Positions 15,758 through 24,494 of a stretch of 38,615 bases of DNA are shown piece after piece (position 1 is the first letter of the stretch; each line of letters begins with the position of its first letter). The stretch spans positions 1-38,615 of the IMG/VR virus record IMGVR_UViG_3300044708_000091; one strand, given 5' to 3'. Source of the stretch: a virus (taxonomy: Duplodnaviria; Caudoviricetes). The translations under genes and the position numbers were made by a program. The notes under the pieces are model-generated. The model was not told where the DNA came from. It saw nothing but the letters and a program-made list of their open reading frames with translations, and did no database searches.

Positions 15758-17067
15758 AGCGGATCGGCCTATCCCCAAGCGCGCTAAAAGCCTTCCTGGC
15801 CTGCCGGCGCAGCTGGTGGTTGCAGTTCAGCGCGCGCGTCGATCGCATCGTGCCGCCCTACGTCACGGCCGGCAGCGCGCTGGATCAAGTGGTGCAGGAC
15901 TACCTGACCAGCGGCGCTATGCCTGTGCACCTGCCGCTGGGCTCGCCCGAGCTGGCCGAGCTCGCAGTCTTGCGGCCCGAGCTGCCTGCGCCAGGCTCCG
16001 TGCTCGTGCAAAAGAAGTTCACGCTGCCCTGCCCGGGCCTCGAGCAGCTGGTCGATATCACGACCGGCGGCCTCGACTACCTCACGCCGCCGAATCTCGA
16101 CCTGATTGTCATCGGCGACCTAAAGCGCATCTGGCACAAGGACGCGGCCATGTCGCCTGAGCAGCTAGCGGCGAACGAGCAGGCGCAGATGTATGCGTGG
16201 CTCGTGTGGCAGGTGTACAACCCGGCCGAGATCATCTGGCGCTGGACGTATTGCGTCAGAGAAACACGCAACGCCACGACGGGCGCCGTCACGCGCAAGG
16301 CGAAGGCGTTCAGCGTCGATGAGAAGGCCGACCGCTCCAAAGTGGAGGCCTGGTTTGCAAGCGTCGTGTTGCCTGCAGCGCGCGCCATGCTAGAGATAAG
16401 AGACAGCGCGCGCGCAGCCGAGGCCGTGGAACACAATCCCGACAGCTGTGAAGAGGGCGCCCGCTGCTTCGTCCGTCACCACTGCCCGATGTACCAGGGC
16501 CCAGTCAGAGGAGAATCAAACAACATGGTCGACCTATCCCGCTTCAAGACGAACAAGAGCAGCCCAGTGATGCCCCTGGGGCAGGCCGTGGAGGAGCAGC
16601 GCGCGCGGATCGCTATCAACCCGCCTGCGCTGACCGAGTTCGCAGCTGCGCTGTCCGTCACCACGATCGAAGGCCCCGGCGCCGCGCTGCTCGCCACGGA
16701 GGACGACGGCATCGACGCCGTTGAAGACAAGGCACACGCCGCGGCGCTGGCCGAAGCGCGCCCCACTGAGCCCGCGCCTGCGCCCGAGGCTCCGGAGCCG
16801 CCTGCCCCAAAAGCCCGGCGCCGCCGCGCCAAGATCACCGATGTTCAGCCTGCGGCTGCTCTTACCACAGCTCAGATCACAGACGAGCTGCTTGTTTATT
16901 CGCCTGGTGCCTCACTTGCAGCTGCCCCTGAAAAACAAGGCCTGAGCCAGCACGAGCGCGAGGCCGTCGGCGCGCCGCCGAGCGTGGAAGCCGCGTCCAC
17001 TGAGGCGCTCGTGTGGGAACTGCGCGACCGCGGATGGGTTGTGAGCCTGACGGCAGGCGCGCTGTGA
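15754..17067 (+). CDS. PD-(D/E)xK (Cas4/AddB-like) exonuclease with low-complexity C-terminal extension
   Basis: GTG 15754; LSPSALKAFLAC, GGLDY, IGDLK, QAQMYA and a distal Cys cluster (CEEGARCFVRHHC). Confidence 0.8.
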   Translation: MKRIGLSPSALKAFLACRRSWWLQFSARVDRIVPPYVTAGSALDQVVQDYLTSGAMPVHLPLGSPELAELAVLRPELPAPGSVLVQKKFTLPCPGLEQLVDITTGGLDYLTPPNLDLIVIGDLKRIWHKDAAMSPEQLAANEQAQMYAWLVWQVYNPAEIIWRWTYCVRETRNATTGAVTRKAKAFSVDEKADRSKVEAWFASVVLPAARAMLEIRDSARAAEAVEHNPDSCEEGARCFVRHHCPMYQGPVRGESNNMVDLSRFKTNKSSPVMPLGQAVEEQRARIAINPPALTEFAAALSVTTIEGPGAALLATEDDGIDAVEDKAHAAALAEARPTEPAPAPEAPEPPAPKARRRRAKITDVQPAAALTTAQITDELLVYSPGASLAAAPEKQGLSQHEREAVGAPPSVEAASTEALVWELRDRGWVVSLTAGAL

Positions 17068-17210
17068 GCAGCTCTGAGCTGATCAAGCTGGCGCGCCGCT
17101 ACAGCGCTAACGCCAAGCGCTGGCGTCGACTTGGTTTTGAGCATACGGCTAGCGTATTCTCAGCCCGCGCCGAGCTGGCGGCCTGGCACGCGGCGAGGGC
17201 GCAGTCATGA
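17064..17210 (+). CDS. Hypothetical protein (48 aa)
   Basis: GTGA/ATGA coupling on both sides. Confidence 0.5.
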   Translation: MSSSELIKLARRYSANAKRWRRLGFEHTASVFSARAELAAWHAARAQS

Positions 17211-17674
17211 CGGACGTCATAACGGCGGCGGAGCGGGCCTGGTTCGAGACTAGCATAAGCCGGGTGGATCCGCTTTACGCCTACGAGCGAGACCTATGCC
17301 TCAAGCTCCTGCGCCTCTACGACGCCGCGCTGGCCCGGGCGGAGGCTGCGGAACGCAAGCAAGGCGACGCGGAGTTCGTGGCCAAAGAGCTTCAGTCCGA
17401 GGTAGAGAGCGCTAACGGTCTGCTTTCCCAGCGCGCACAGGACATCGCGCAGCACAAGGACCGCTTATTCACCGCCGAGTCCGCCCTGGCAGAAGCGACC
17501 GCGTGCATCACCGGCACCCTGGCCGAGTTGGACAAGCTACGCGAAGGCCTGTGCGCTCTGGATATTGAGCCAGTGGACTCGGACCTGGTGGCGGCGGACA
17601 TTGACGACGCCTCATGTGGCCTGCGCGCCTTCCTATCCCGCACCCCAGCGCCAGCAGCGAAAGCCGGCGAATGA
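17207..17674 (+). CDS. Hypothetical coiled-coil protein
   Basis: 155 aa, heptad-like, coupled. Confidence 0.7.
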   Translation: MTDVITAAERAWFETSISRVDPLYAYERDLCLKLLRLYDAALARAEAAERKQGDAEFVAKELQSEVESANGLLSQRAQDIAQHKDRLFTAESALAEATACITGTLAELDKLREGLCALDIEPVDSDLVAADIDDASCGLRAFLSRTPAPAAKAGE

Positions 17675-19032
17675 TCCCACACGCTTGGCAGCAGGCTGCA
17701 ATCGCCAGCTTCGACGCACTCGGCGGCGTGGCTTGTTTTCAGCCTCCGGGCGCCGGCAAGAGCCTGGTCGGCGCCGAGTGCATGAAGCGCGGCGCCCGCC
17801 CGCTATACGTGACCAAGGCCTCGGCCCGGGCGCAGACGCGCAGGATGCTCAAGTCGTACGGTTATACAGGCCCGGACGACAGCGTGATCAGCTACAACGC
17901 TATCAGCCTGGACGATGGCCTGCTCGAGCGCCTGCGCCCCGACGTATTAGTGGTGGACGAGTCGCAGGCGCTGAAGAATCTGCGCAGCGCCGCCTGGACA
18001 CGCAGGGTCGCGCGCTACCTGGCGCAGCATCCGGAGTGCCGGGTGGCCGCGCTCAGCGGCTCCGTGATGGGGCGCAGCGCGCTCGACTACCTGCACTTCC
18101 TGGTCTGGACGCTGCGCGCGGGCGCGCCCTGTCCGCGCTCGAGCGCCGCCTGGCCGCGGTTCGTGCTGGACATTGAGCGCGACCCGGCGGCGTGGCTCGA
18201 GCGCCTGCGCAGCTGCCCTGGCGTCTTTCTCGACGCGGCGCCGAGCTGGAACGGCCACCTGCTGATCACGGAGGATTGGCGCGAGCCGCTCTGCCCGGAC
18301 GCGCTGGCGCGCGCTGAAGCCGGTACGGCGCCTGACGGGTGGGCGGTTGAGGGCTGGGCTCAGGACGAGCTCGAGAAGCAGCTAGCGTGCGGCTTCTACC
18401 TGCGCCGTGAGCCCCGCCCGAGCCCTGCTCTGCTCGACGCGCAGCGCAGCTGGAACAAGTGCGTCGAGCAGGCCAAGGCTTACGGGTTATCTGATACTGA
18501 GCTCGGCGCCCGCGCCGTTTACCCGACGGGCTGGGCCCAGTGGCAGCGCGCGCTCGCGGCTGAGCCTGAAGCTGAGCAGGTCGTGGAATGGCTTAGTCGG
18601 CCATATGTGCCACACCACGCGCAGGACGGTACTATCATCTGGGTTCACCACGGCGCACTCGGCGAGAGCCTAGCCTGGCTCATGGGCGTGCCGTATCAGC
18701 GCGAGGGCGGGCTGAGCGAAGATGGCGTGCGCCTTGATGAGACACACGAGCCGGTCGTCATAGCGTCTATTGCAGCGTGCAACGAAAGCTTCAACGCGCA
18801 GCAGTTCCGGCACAACATCGTGCTCGAGCCGCCGAGCGACGCGCGCGTCTGGCAGCAGCTTCTGTGCCGAACCGCGCGCCAGGGGCAACTCGCCCGCGAA
18901 GTGACGTGCGAGGTTGTTATTCAGGCGCCTATCTTCGGTCGAGCGCTTGACTCTGCCCGCAAAGCGGCGCATAAGATAGAGAGCGAGTCCGGGCAACAAC
19001 AATGGTTGATCCAGGCTGAAAAACAACGATGA
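17671..19032 (+). CDS. Superfamily 2 (SNF2-like) helicase
   Basis: PPGAGKS, VVDESQ, LSGS and motif VI QLLCRTARQGQ; ATG 17671. Confidence 0.85.
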   Translation: MIPHAWQQAAIASFDALGGVACFQPPGAGKSLVGAECMKRGARPLYVTKASARAQTRRMLKSYGYTGPDDSVISYNAISLDDGLLERLRPDVLVVDESQALKNLRSAAWTRRVARYLAQHPECRVAALSGSVMGRSALDYLHFLVWTLRAGAPCPRSSAAWPRFVLDIERDPAAWLERLRSCPGVFLDAAPSWNGHLLITEDWREPLCPDALARAEAGTAPDGWAVEGWAQDELEKQLACGFYLRREPRPSPALLDAQRSWNKCVEQAKAYGLSDTELGARAVYPTGWAQWQRALAAEPEAEQVVEWLSRPYVPHHAQDGTIIWVHHGALGESLAWLMGVPYQREGGLSEDGVRLDETHEPVVIASIAACNESFNAQQFRHNIVLEPPSDARVWQQLLCRTARQGQLAREVTCEVVIQAPIFGRALDSARKAAHKIESESGQQQWLIQAEKQR

Positions 19033-19202
19033 ACTGGATCAAGCTAGCCCAGCTGAGCGTCGAGCTCTTGATTGACCTGGTCCGAGGCCAGCTCGAAAAG
19101 AAGCCTCAGCCCGCGCCCGGGCTCTCCTACAAGGACGTTGAGCATCAGCGGGCGCAGATGAAAGCCGCAACGGAGAAACATGGCCCAAGTCAACCGCGCT
19201 AA
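19029..19202 (+). CDS. Hypothetical protein (57 aa)
   Basis: MNWIKLAQLSVELLIDLVRGQLEKKPQ...; ATGA overlap, fills the gap. Confidence 0.55.
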   Translation: MNWIKLAQLSVELLIDLVRGQLEKKPQPAPGLSYKDVEHQRAQMKAATEKHGPSQPR

Positions 19203-19713
19203 CGCGCCTCAGGATTACCGCACGTCGCCCGAGCTGCTCGCCGCAGTCGAGGCCCGCTACGGGCGCATAACGTTCGACGCCGCGTGCACGGTCGAGAACG
19301 CCGTGGCTGACCTAGGCTTTCACTACCCAGAGCACGACGCGCTCGCCGAAGACTGGTCAGCGCTCGAAGGGCAGACGATCTGGGCAAACCCACCTTTCAG
19401 GCAGTCTGGCCAGTTCGCTCTGAAAGCCAAAGCCAGTCAGCAGGGCCTCACAGGGCCTGCCCGCGTCCTGCTGCTAGTGCAGGCAGCCGTCGACACGCAG
19501 TGGTGGGAAGATCACGTGCGCTACAACGCGCTGGTTCTGCACCTCGCACCGCGTCCCGCCTTCGTCGGCATGACAGCGGGCATCAATCGCGCGCTCGCGC
19601 TTTGCGTGTACGGACCCGGCATCGCGCCGGGCGAGCAGCGCTGGGTTTGGAAGCCGCGCAAAGTCAGAGGGCTGAAAAACAAGCCCGCCAATAAGAAAGA
19701 AGAGAACAAGTAA
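19180..19713 (+). CDS. Phage DNA N6-adenine methyltransferase (Dam-like family)
   Basis: DYRTSP, FDAAC, DAL..DW, WANPPF and DTQWW motifs. Confidence 0.85.
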   Translation: MAQVNRANAPQDYRTSPELLAAVEARYGRITFDAACTVENAVADLGFHYPEHDALAEDWSALEGQTIWANPPFRQSGQFALKAKASQQGLTGPARVLLLVQAAVDTQWWEDHVRYNALVLHLAPRPAFVGMTAGINRALALCVYGPGIAPGEQRWVWKPRKVRGLKNKPANKKEENK

Positions 19714-20267
19714 TGGCAAACGCAATCGTAGCAACCAACCCCAACACGCAGCTCGTCAAGCCGCTGCAGCTCTCCAACGTAGCGCTCGACGCGCTCGACC
19801 GTGACGTGGAAGACTTCGGCGTTCAGGCAGCCCTGCTACCGCTCAAGCCGTTCATCATCGAAGGCGCCATTACGTTCCTCGAGTGGTGCGAGTTCGGCGC
19901 CGTAAGGCCGGGCGCGCCGAGCGAGAGCGAGGGCCTCAAGTTCCTCATTCGCGTTGACAGGCTGGAAGAGCCAGGCTTCACCAACGGCAAGGGCGTCGTG
20001 CAGCCGGCCATGATCAAGGTCGGGACGGAATGCCCGAACATATACTTCAGTCGTCATCCCAAGCTCACCTTTGCTCTGCCTGAGATGGCCGTGCATCGTA
20101 AGCGCTTGTTCAACGCGATCGATCCATCGGCCAAGCCGAGCGATGTGCTCAAGCAATTGAGCGGTCAGACAATCTCTGTACCAGTTCGGATGATCAGGTC
20201 GTACGTGCGCACTACGCGCAACGGGTCAGATCTGTTCGCCGACAGTTTCGAGGCTATCCAGGGCTGA
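19713..20267 (+). CDS. Hypothetical replication-module protein (possible ssDNA-binding protein)
   Basis: 184 aa upstream of the polymerase; function inferred from position only. Confidence 0.5.
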   Translation: MANAIVATNPNTQLVKPLQLSNVALDALDRDVEDFGVQAALLPLKPFIIEGAITFLEWCEFGAVRPGAPSESEGLKFLIRVDRLEEPGFTNGKGVVQPAMIKVGTECPNIYFSRHPKLTFALPEMAVHRKRLFNAIDPSAKPSDVLKQLSGQTISVPVRMIRSYVRTTRNGSDLFADSFEAIQG

Positions 20268-20349
20268 AAAACAACACCGACCAGCCGCGCGACGCGAACA
20301 TACCGTTGACTGAATTATGCAACGGCGCGCGGCAGGTCACCTAATAACT

Positions 20350-20472
20350 ATGATCATCATTACGACATCGAGGCCCCAAACTGAGCCGCCTGCAGGACGC
20401 TGCAGGGAGCAAAGCGGGTCGCTACCGCCTGCGCCGTGTGCTCGGTGCGGGGCCTGGGTGCCGCAGTCATGA
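20350..20472 (+). CDS. Possible 40-aa ORF coupled to the polymerase
   Basis: MIIITTSRPQ...CARCGAWVPQS*; ATGA overlap with the polymerase start. Confidence 0.35.
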   Translation: MIIITTSRPQTEPPAGRCREQSGSLPPAPCARCGAWVPQS

Positions 20473-22310
20473 TCATCGTCCCGATTGACAGCGAAACGAT
20501 TCCATTCAGCCCCGGCAACGGCGCCCCGGCGCTGGTCTGCGTGCAGTACGCCTACGACGGGCATGCGCGCATCTGGACGCGCAAGCGCGGCGCGCTCATG
20601 ATGATCGAGCAGCTGCTCACGGATCCAGCCGTGCGCCTTGTGGGCCACTCAATCGCCTACGACTGCGCCGTGTGGGCCGCCGAAGGCCTGCTGCCTGAAG
20701 TCTGGGCCGCGCTCAAGGCCGGGCGCGTCCACTGCACCTGGGTATACGAGCGCCTGGGTGAAGTGGCAGGCCACAGCAGCCGAAAGAAGCTCGACCTGGC
20801 CACGTGTTTGAAGGCTCACGGTCTGCCCGCGCCGTCACTGAAAGACTCCGGCCTGGCCACTGACTTCGCCCGTTTCATCGATGCCGACGAGATCCCCGAG
20901 CCGCACCGGACGTACGCGCTGGAGGACCTGCAGGTGGGCAAGCTGTATGAGCGCCAGCTGCGCCGGTTCGACCGCGTCCCGCTCGAGGCCGTGAGCCGCC
21001 TCACGCTGCGCCAGTTCGCGCTGCAGCTCATGAGCGTGTGGGGCCTCACCACGAGCGGCGACGCAGTGAGCGCGCTCGAGCGGGATGCCATGAAGGCGCT
21101 CGGCGAGATCCGCCCGCTCGCGCTAGAGTGGGGCTTCGTCCGCCCTGACGGCTCGCGCAATATGAAGGTGATCAAGGCCGAGGTGGAGGCCGCCTATGGC
21201 GCTGCGTGCCCGCGCACGCCCACCGGACAGGCGCAGACGGGCGAGCTCGTGCTCGAGAGCGCCGACAGCATCAAGCTGCAAACGTTTGCGGAGTACGCAA
21301 CGATCCTCAAGACGCTGAGCAACGACGTGCCGAACCTGCGCGCGTCCGGCACGGGCTGGATCTCGACGCGCTACGGCATGGCCGACACGCTCCGCACGAC
21401 CAGCTCGGGCGACAAGAAGGGCAAGCGCAGCGGGCTGATTGCCATGCAAAACCTGAAGCAATTCGGGGGTATACGCGAGTGTATCCGCCCGCGCCCTGGC
21501 TTCAGCTTCTACAACGTCGATGCGAGCGGGCTCGAGCTCTGCTCGCTCGCGCAGCTCTGCGTGTCGCGCCTGGGGCGCCGCGGCATGGCGCAGGCCATCG
21601 CGGCCGCCGGCACACCAGGCGTGATTCACACGCGCGTGGGTGCGGCCATGGCGCGGCAGAGCGAGGCGGCGTTCGCTGCGCGGCTCGCTGCCAAAGAGCC
21701 GCTGGCCGTTATGATCCGCACGCGCGCAAAGAACTGCGTGTTCGGGCGCATGGGCGGGCTGGGTGATCAGACGTTCGTGGACTACGTCGCTAAAAACAGC
21801 AAAGGCAAAGTCAAGATCACGCTGGCCGAGTCTAAGCAGCTGAAGCAGGACCTATTAGCTGCAGTGCCTGATATCGAGGCCTGGCTGCGAGATGCATGCG
21901 AGAGCCTAGACGGCGGCGACACGTTCGATTCGCTGATCGGCTACGGCATCACGCGCGCCGGCATCTGGTACGCAGCGAGCCGGAACAACCCGTTCCAATC
22001 GCTGGCCGCAGAGGCCATGAGCGAGGTGGTGGTGGATATAGCCGAGGTCTGTTATCTAGGCGTTTTGAGCGGCGCGCGGCCTTGCCTGTTCGTGCACGAC
22101 GAGCTACTCTTTGAAGTACCCCGCGGCTCTGAGCACGACTTCGAGCAGACGTTTCTGCGCATCGCCAAAGCCGCCACGACGCGCATCATGCCCGACGTGC
22201 CCGTGCAATGGGAAGGCGAAGCTTGCGACCGCTACAGCAAGAGCGCGAAGCGCGTAGTAGACGGCAAGGGCCGTCTTCAAGTTTGGACACCTGAAAAACA
22301 AGGAACCTGA
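20469..22310 (+). CDS. Family A DNA polymerase with 3'-5' exonuclease (613 aa)
   Basis: Exo motifs DSET, GHSIAYD, YALED; polymerase motifs DASGLE, RxxAKxxxFG, VHDE. Confidence 0.95.
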   Translation: MIIVPIDSETIPFSPGNGAPALVCVQYAYDGHARIWTRKRGALMMIEQLLTDPAVRLVGHSIAYDCAVWAAEGLLPEVWAALKAGRVHCTWVYERLGEVAGHSSRKKLDLATCLKAHGLPAPSLKDSGLATDFARFIDADEIPEPHRTYALEDLQVGKLYERQLRRFDRVPLEAVSRLTLRQFALQLMSVWGLTTSGDAVSALERDAMKALGEIRPLALEWGFVRPDGSRNMKVIKAEVEAAYGAACPRTPTGQAQTGELVLESADSIKLQTFAEYATILKTLSNDVPNLRASGTGWISTRYGMADTLRTTSSGDKKGKRSGLIAMQNLKQFGGIRECIRPRPGFSFYNVDASGLELCSLAQLCVSRLGRRGMAQAIAAAGTPGVIHTRVGAAMARQSEAAFAARLAAKEPLAVMIRTRAKNCVFGRMGGLGDQTFVDYVAKNSKGKVKITLAESKQLKQDLLAAVPDIEAWLRDACESLDGGDTFDSLIGYGITRAGIWYAASRNNPFQSLAAEAMSEVVVDIAEVCYLGVLSGARPCLFVHDELLFEVPRGSEHDFEQTFLRIAKAATTRIMPDVPVQWEGEACDRYSKSAKRVVDGKGRLQVWTPEKQGT

Positions 22311-22312
22311 AG

Positions 22313-22789
22313 ATGACGAAACCGAACACGACGCTGCTCCCGTGGGACTGCCTGCGCGTAGCCACGAACGACCTGACAGCCGAAACGCTGACGAAGATCG
22401 CGCGTCTCTACTGGACCCGGCGCACGAACAGCGTGCCGGCCGTGTTGCCGCACAACCTGCTGCTGCCCGTCAGTAGAGTCCTGACCATGGGCGCTGAGAA
22501 GTACACGCCGCGATCGTGGGAGCTGGACGCGAAGTATCACAGCGTGAGCCAGCACTTCGCGTCGATGATGCGCCACGCCACGAACCCGGCTGAGCTGGAC
22601 GAAGAAAGCGGCCTGCCGAACACGTGGCACGTGGCCTGTCGGTACATCATGCTCGCCACGCTGATCGCGCGCGGCGTGGTCGTGGATGACAGGCCCTCTA
22701 AGCAGCCGAACAAGTTTGAGCTGCCTGGTGACGACTGGGTTGACGTGGTGGTTGACGAAGGCGCTGGCGAGGGCGGGGGGTTGTCGTGA
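22313..22789 (+). CDS. dATP/dGTP diphosphohydrolase-domain protein (DUF5664-like)
   Basis: VLTMGAEKY..RSW...ASMMRH...DEESGLP..WHVAC. Confidence 0.8.
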   Translation: MTKPNTTLLPWDCLRVATNDLTAETLTKIARLYWTRRTNSVPAVLPHNLLLPVSRVLTMGAEKYTPRSWELDAKYHSVSQHFASMMRHATNPAELDEESGLPNTWHVACRYIMLATLIARGVVVDDRPSKQPNKFELPGDDWVDVVVDEGAGEGGGLS

Positions 22790-23052
22790 AGTGCTCAAGA
22801 GACTACGTTTTTACTGCGATCGATACAGAGCGCGAGTACCAGCGTCAACGCTGGGGCGCGGGCGGCGAAGCTCACTCTCCTTTGGAGTACCTGGCTTACG
22901 TACAGGACTATGTTAACGAGGCCATGCACAGGCTATCGCGAGAGAGCGACGCTGAGGCGTTGAAGGCTACGCAAGACAGCCTGCGCAAGATTGCGGCGCT
23001 GGCCGTGTGCGCGCTTGAGCTTCACGGCGTCAATATGCGGAGTCTACCGTGA
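22786..23052 (+). CDS. MazG-like all-alpha nucleotide pyrophosphatase-fold protein
   Basis: EREYQRQRWG...H...NEA...LRKIAALAVCALE; acidic residues partly diverged. Confidence 0.55.
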   Translation: MKCSRDYVFTAIDTEREYQRQRWGAGGEAHSPLEYLAYVQDYVNEAMHRLSRESDAEALKATQDSLRKIAALAVCALELHGVNMRSLP

Positions 23053-23597
23053 GCCCGCGCACCTGGCTCGCTGGCGACTGGTTCACGAGTTACTCGGGCA
23101 CGCCGCTGGATCCGCTCTGCGTCAAGGCGAGCGATATCAAGTTAATTGATATTGCCCACCACCTGAGCATGATCCCGCGCTTCGGCGGCGCCTGCCCCAC
23201 GTTCTACAGCGTGGCCTCACACTCGATGTATGTGGCTGACGCGGTCCCGCGCGGCCTGGCGATCGAGGGCCTTCTGCACGACGCGGCCGAAGCATACGTA
23301 GGCGACCTGATCAAGTGCATCAAGGTGCACTGTCCCGACTACAGCACGATCGAGGCGCGCTTTGAGGCGGCGATTCGCGAGCGCTTCAACCTGCCTGCAG
23401 AGCAGGACCCGCACGTGAAGCGCGAGATCAAGCGCGCCGACATTGCGGCCCTGCTCGCCGAGCGCCGCGATATATTCCTGGACAGGCGCGAGTATGACGA
23501 GATCGCCAAAGCCGGCGAGCGCGGCTGCGTGGCGCTTCACCCGCACGACGGCAAGGTGGCTTTCCTGCGCTACGCGCAAGATCTGGGGATTGAATGA
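23049..23597 (+). CDS. HD-domain deoxynucleotide phosphohydrolase (YfbR-like)
   Basis: DIAHHLS..RFGG, YSVASHS, LLHDAAEAYVGD, KRAD. Confidence 0.9.
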   Translation: MSPRTWLAGDWFTSYSGTPLDPLCVKASDIKLIDIAHHLSMIPRFGGACPTFYSVASHSMYVADAVPRGLAIEGLLHDAAEAYVGDLIKCIKVHCPDYSTIEARFEAAIRERFNLPAEQDPHVKREIKRADIAALLAERRDIFLDRREYDEIAKAGERGCVALHPHDGKVAFLRYAQDLGIE

Positions 23598-23863
23598 TGA
23601 CACCGAATGTGCACTGGAAACTCTGGGAACTGCCTGTCATGTACGGCCCGCGCAAGCCTGTCAATGGGCGACGCGCTGAGCGGCCTGAGCTGCGCGTGCT
23701 CGAGGCTGTGGCGCCTAGCACGCGCAACAGGCGCCGACGCGCTGGCGGCGACACGCTGACGCGCCTGCTGTCGTGCAAGCCGCTCGACGTTGAGCTGCGC
23801 CGCCTCCAGCGCGCAGCCGCGCGCAGCAAAGCCAGGCTGAAAAACAAGACGGTGAAGCCGTGA
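23594..23863 (+). CDS. Hypothetical basic protein
   Basis: 89 aa, Arg-rich, coupled. Confidence 0.55.
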   Translation: MMTPNVHWKLWELPVMYGPRKPVNGRRAERPELRVLEAVAPSTRNRRRRAGGDTLTRLLSCKPLDVELRRLQRAAARSKARLKNKTVKP

Positions 23864-24120
23864 CGCCCGATCACATCAATGCTTGCTTCGAGCTCGGCGG
23901 CGCGCTGCTGATCTGGCTGAACGTCAGGCGGCTCTGGCGCGACCGCACCGTGAGCGGCGTGTTTGCGCCAGTGTTCGTGTTCTATACGCTCTGGGGCTTC
24001 TGGAACTGCCTGTTTTACCCTGCGATAGGTCAGATGCTGAGCTTCTACGCGGGCGCAGGCACCACGCTGGGCAACCTGGCCTGGTGCGCGCTGGCCTGGC
24101 GCTTCAGGGGGCGCAAGTGA
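23860..24120 (+). CDS. 3-TM membrane protein, PQ-loop/SemiSWEET-like
   Basis: 86 aa, three hydrophobic segments, RRLWRDRTVSGV loop. Confidence 0.6.
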   Translation: MTPDHINACFELGGALLIWLNVRRLWRDRTVSGVFAPVFVFYTLWGFWNCLFYPAIGQMLSFYAGAGTTLGNLAWCALAWRFRGRK

Positions 24121-24494
24121 GCGCGGCTGAAGAGTTGTTCGCAGCAGAGCTATCAGCGCGCCTGGCCTGCTACCCGCCGCGCCGAGAGTACAAGTTCGAT
24201 CCCCGGCGCGGCTGGAAGTTCGACTTCTGCTGGCCTGAATACATGCTGGCCGTTGAGATTGACGGCCGCGGGCGTCACCAAAGCTTCACAGGTTTTCGCG
24301 ACGATTGCGAGAAGCTGAATAACGCGCTGCTGCTGGGCTGGCGCGTTCTGCGCTACCCTGCCGCCTGCCTAGCGCCCCGTCCCGCCCCACGCAAGCCGAA
24401 GCGCATAACCAAGCGCTCGCGCCCTCCGCTCTGGCCCAACGGGGCCGCCGACATGATTGAGGAGATCCGCCGTGCCCTACAAGAACGCAGCTGA
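24117..24494 (+). CDS. PD-(D/E)xK endonuclease (DUF559/Vsr-like)
   Basis: EYKFDPRRGWKFDFCW...AVEIDG...H...D.EK.N....GWRVLRY; GTG 24117. Confidence 0.85.
   Translation: MSAAEELFAAELSARLACYPPRREYKFDPRRGWKFDFCWPEYMLAVEIDGRGRHQSFTGFRDDCEKLNNALLLGWRVLRYPAACLAPRPAPRKPKRITKRSRPPLWPNGAADMIEEIRRALQERS

Noticed and set aside
20306-20346. TTGACT as a -35 element for the polymerase
   Set aside because: No plausible -10 at 16-18 nt spacing.
22313-23597. Complete 2-aminoadenine (Z) genome pathway
   Set aside because: No purZ/adenylosuccinate synthetase-like gene was recognised, and an N6-adenine MTase is present.
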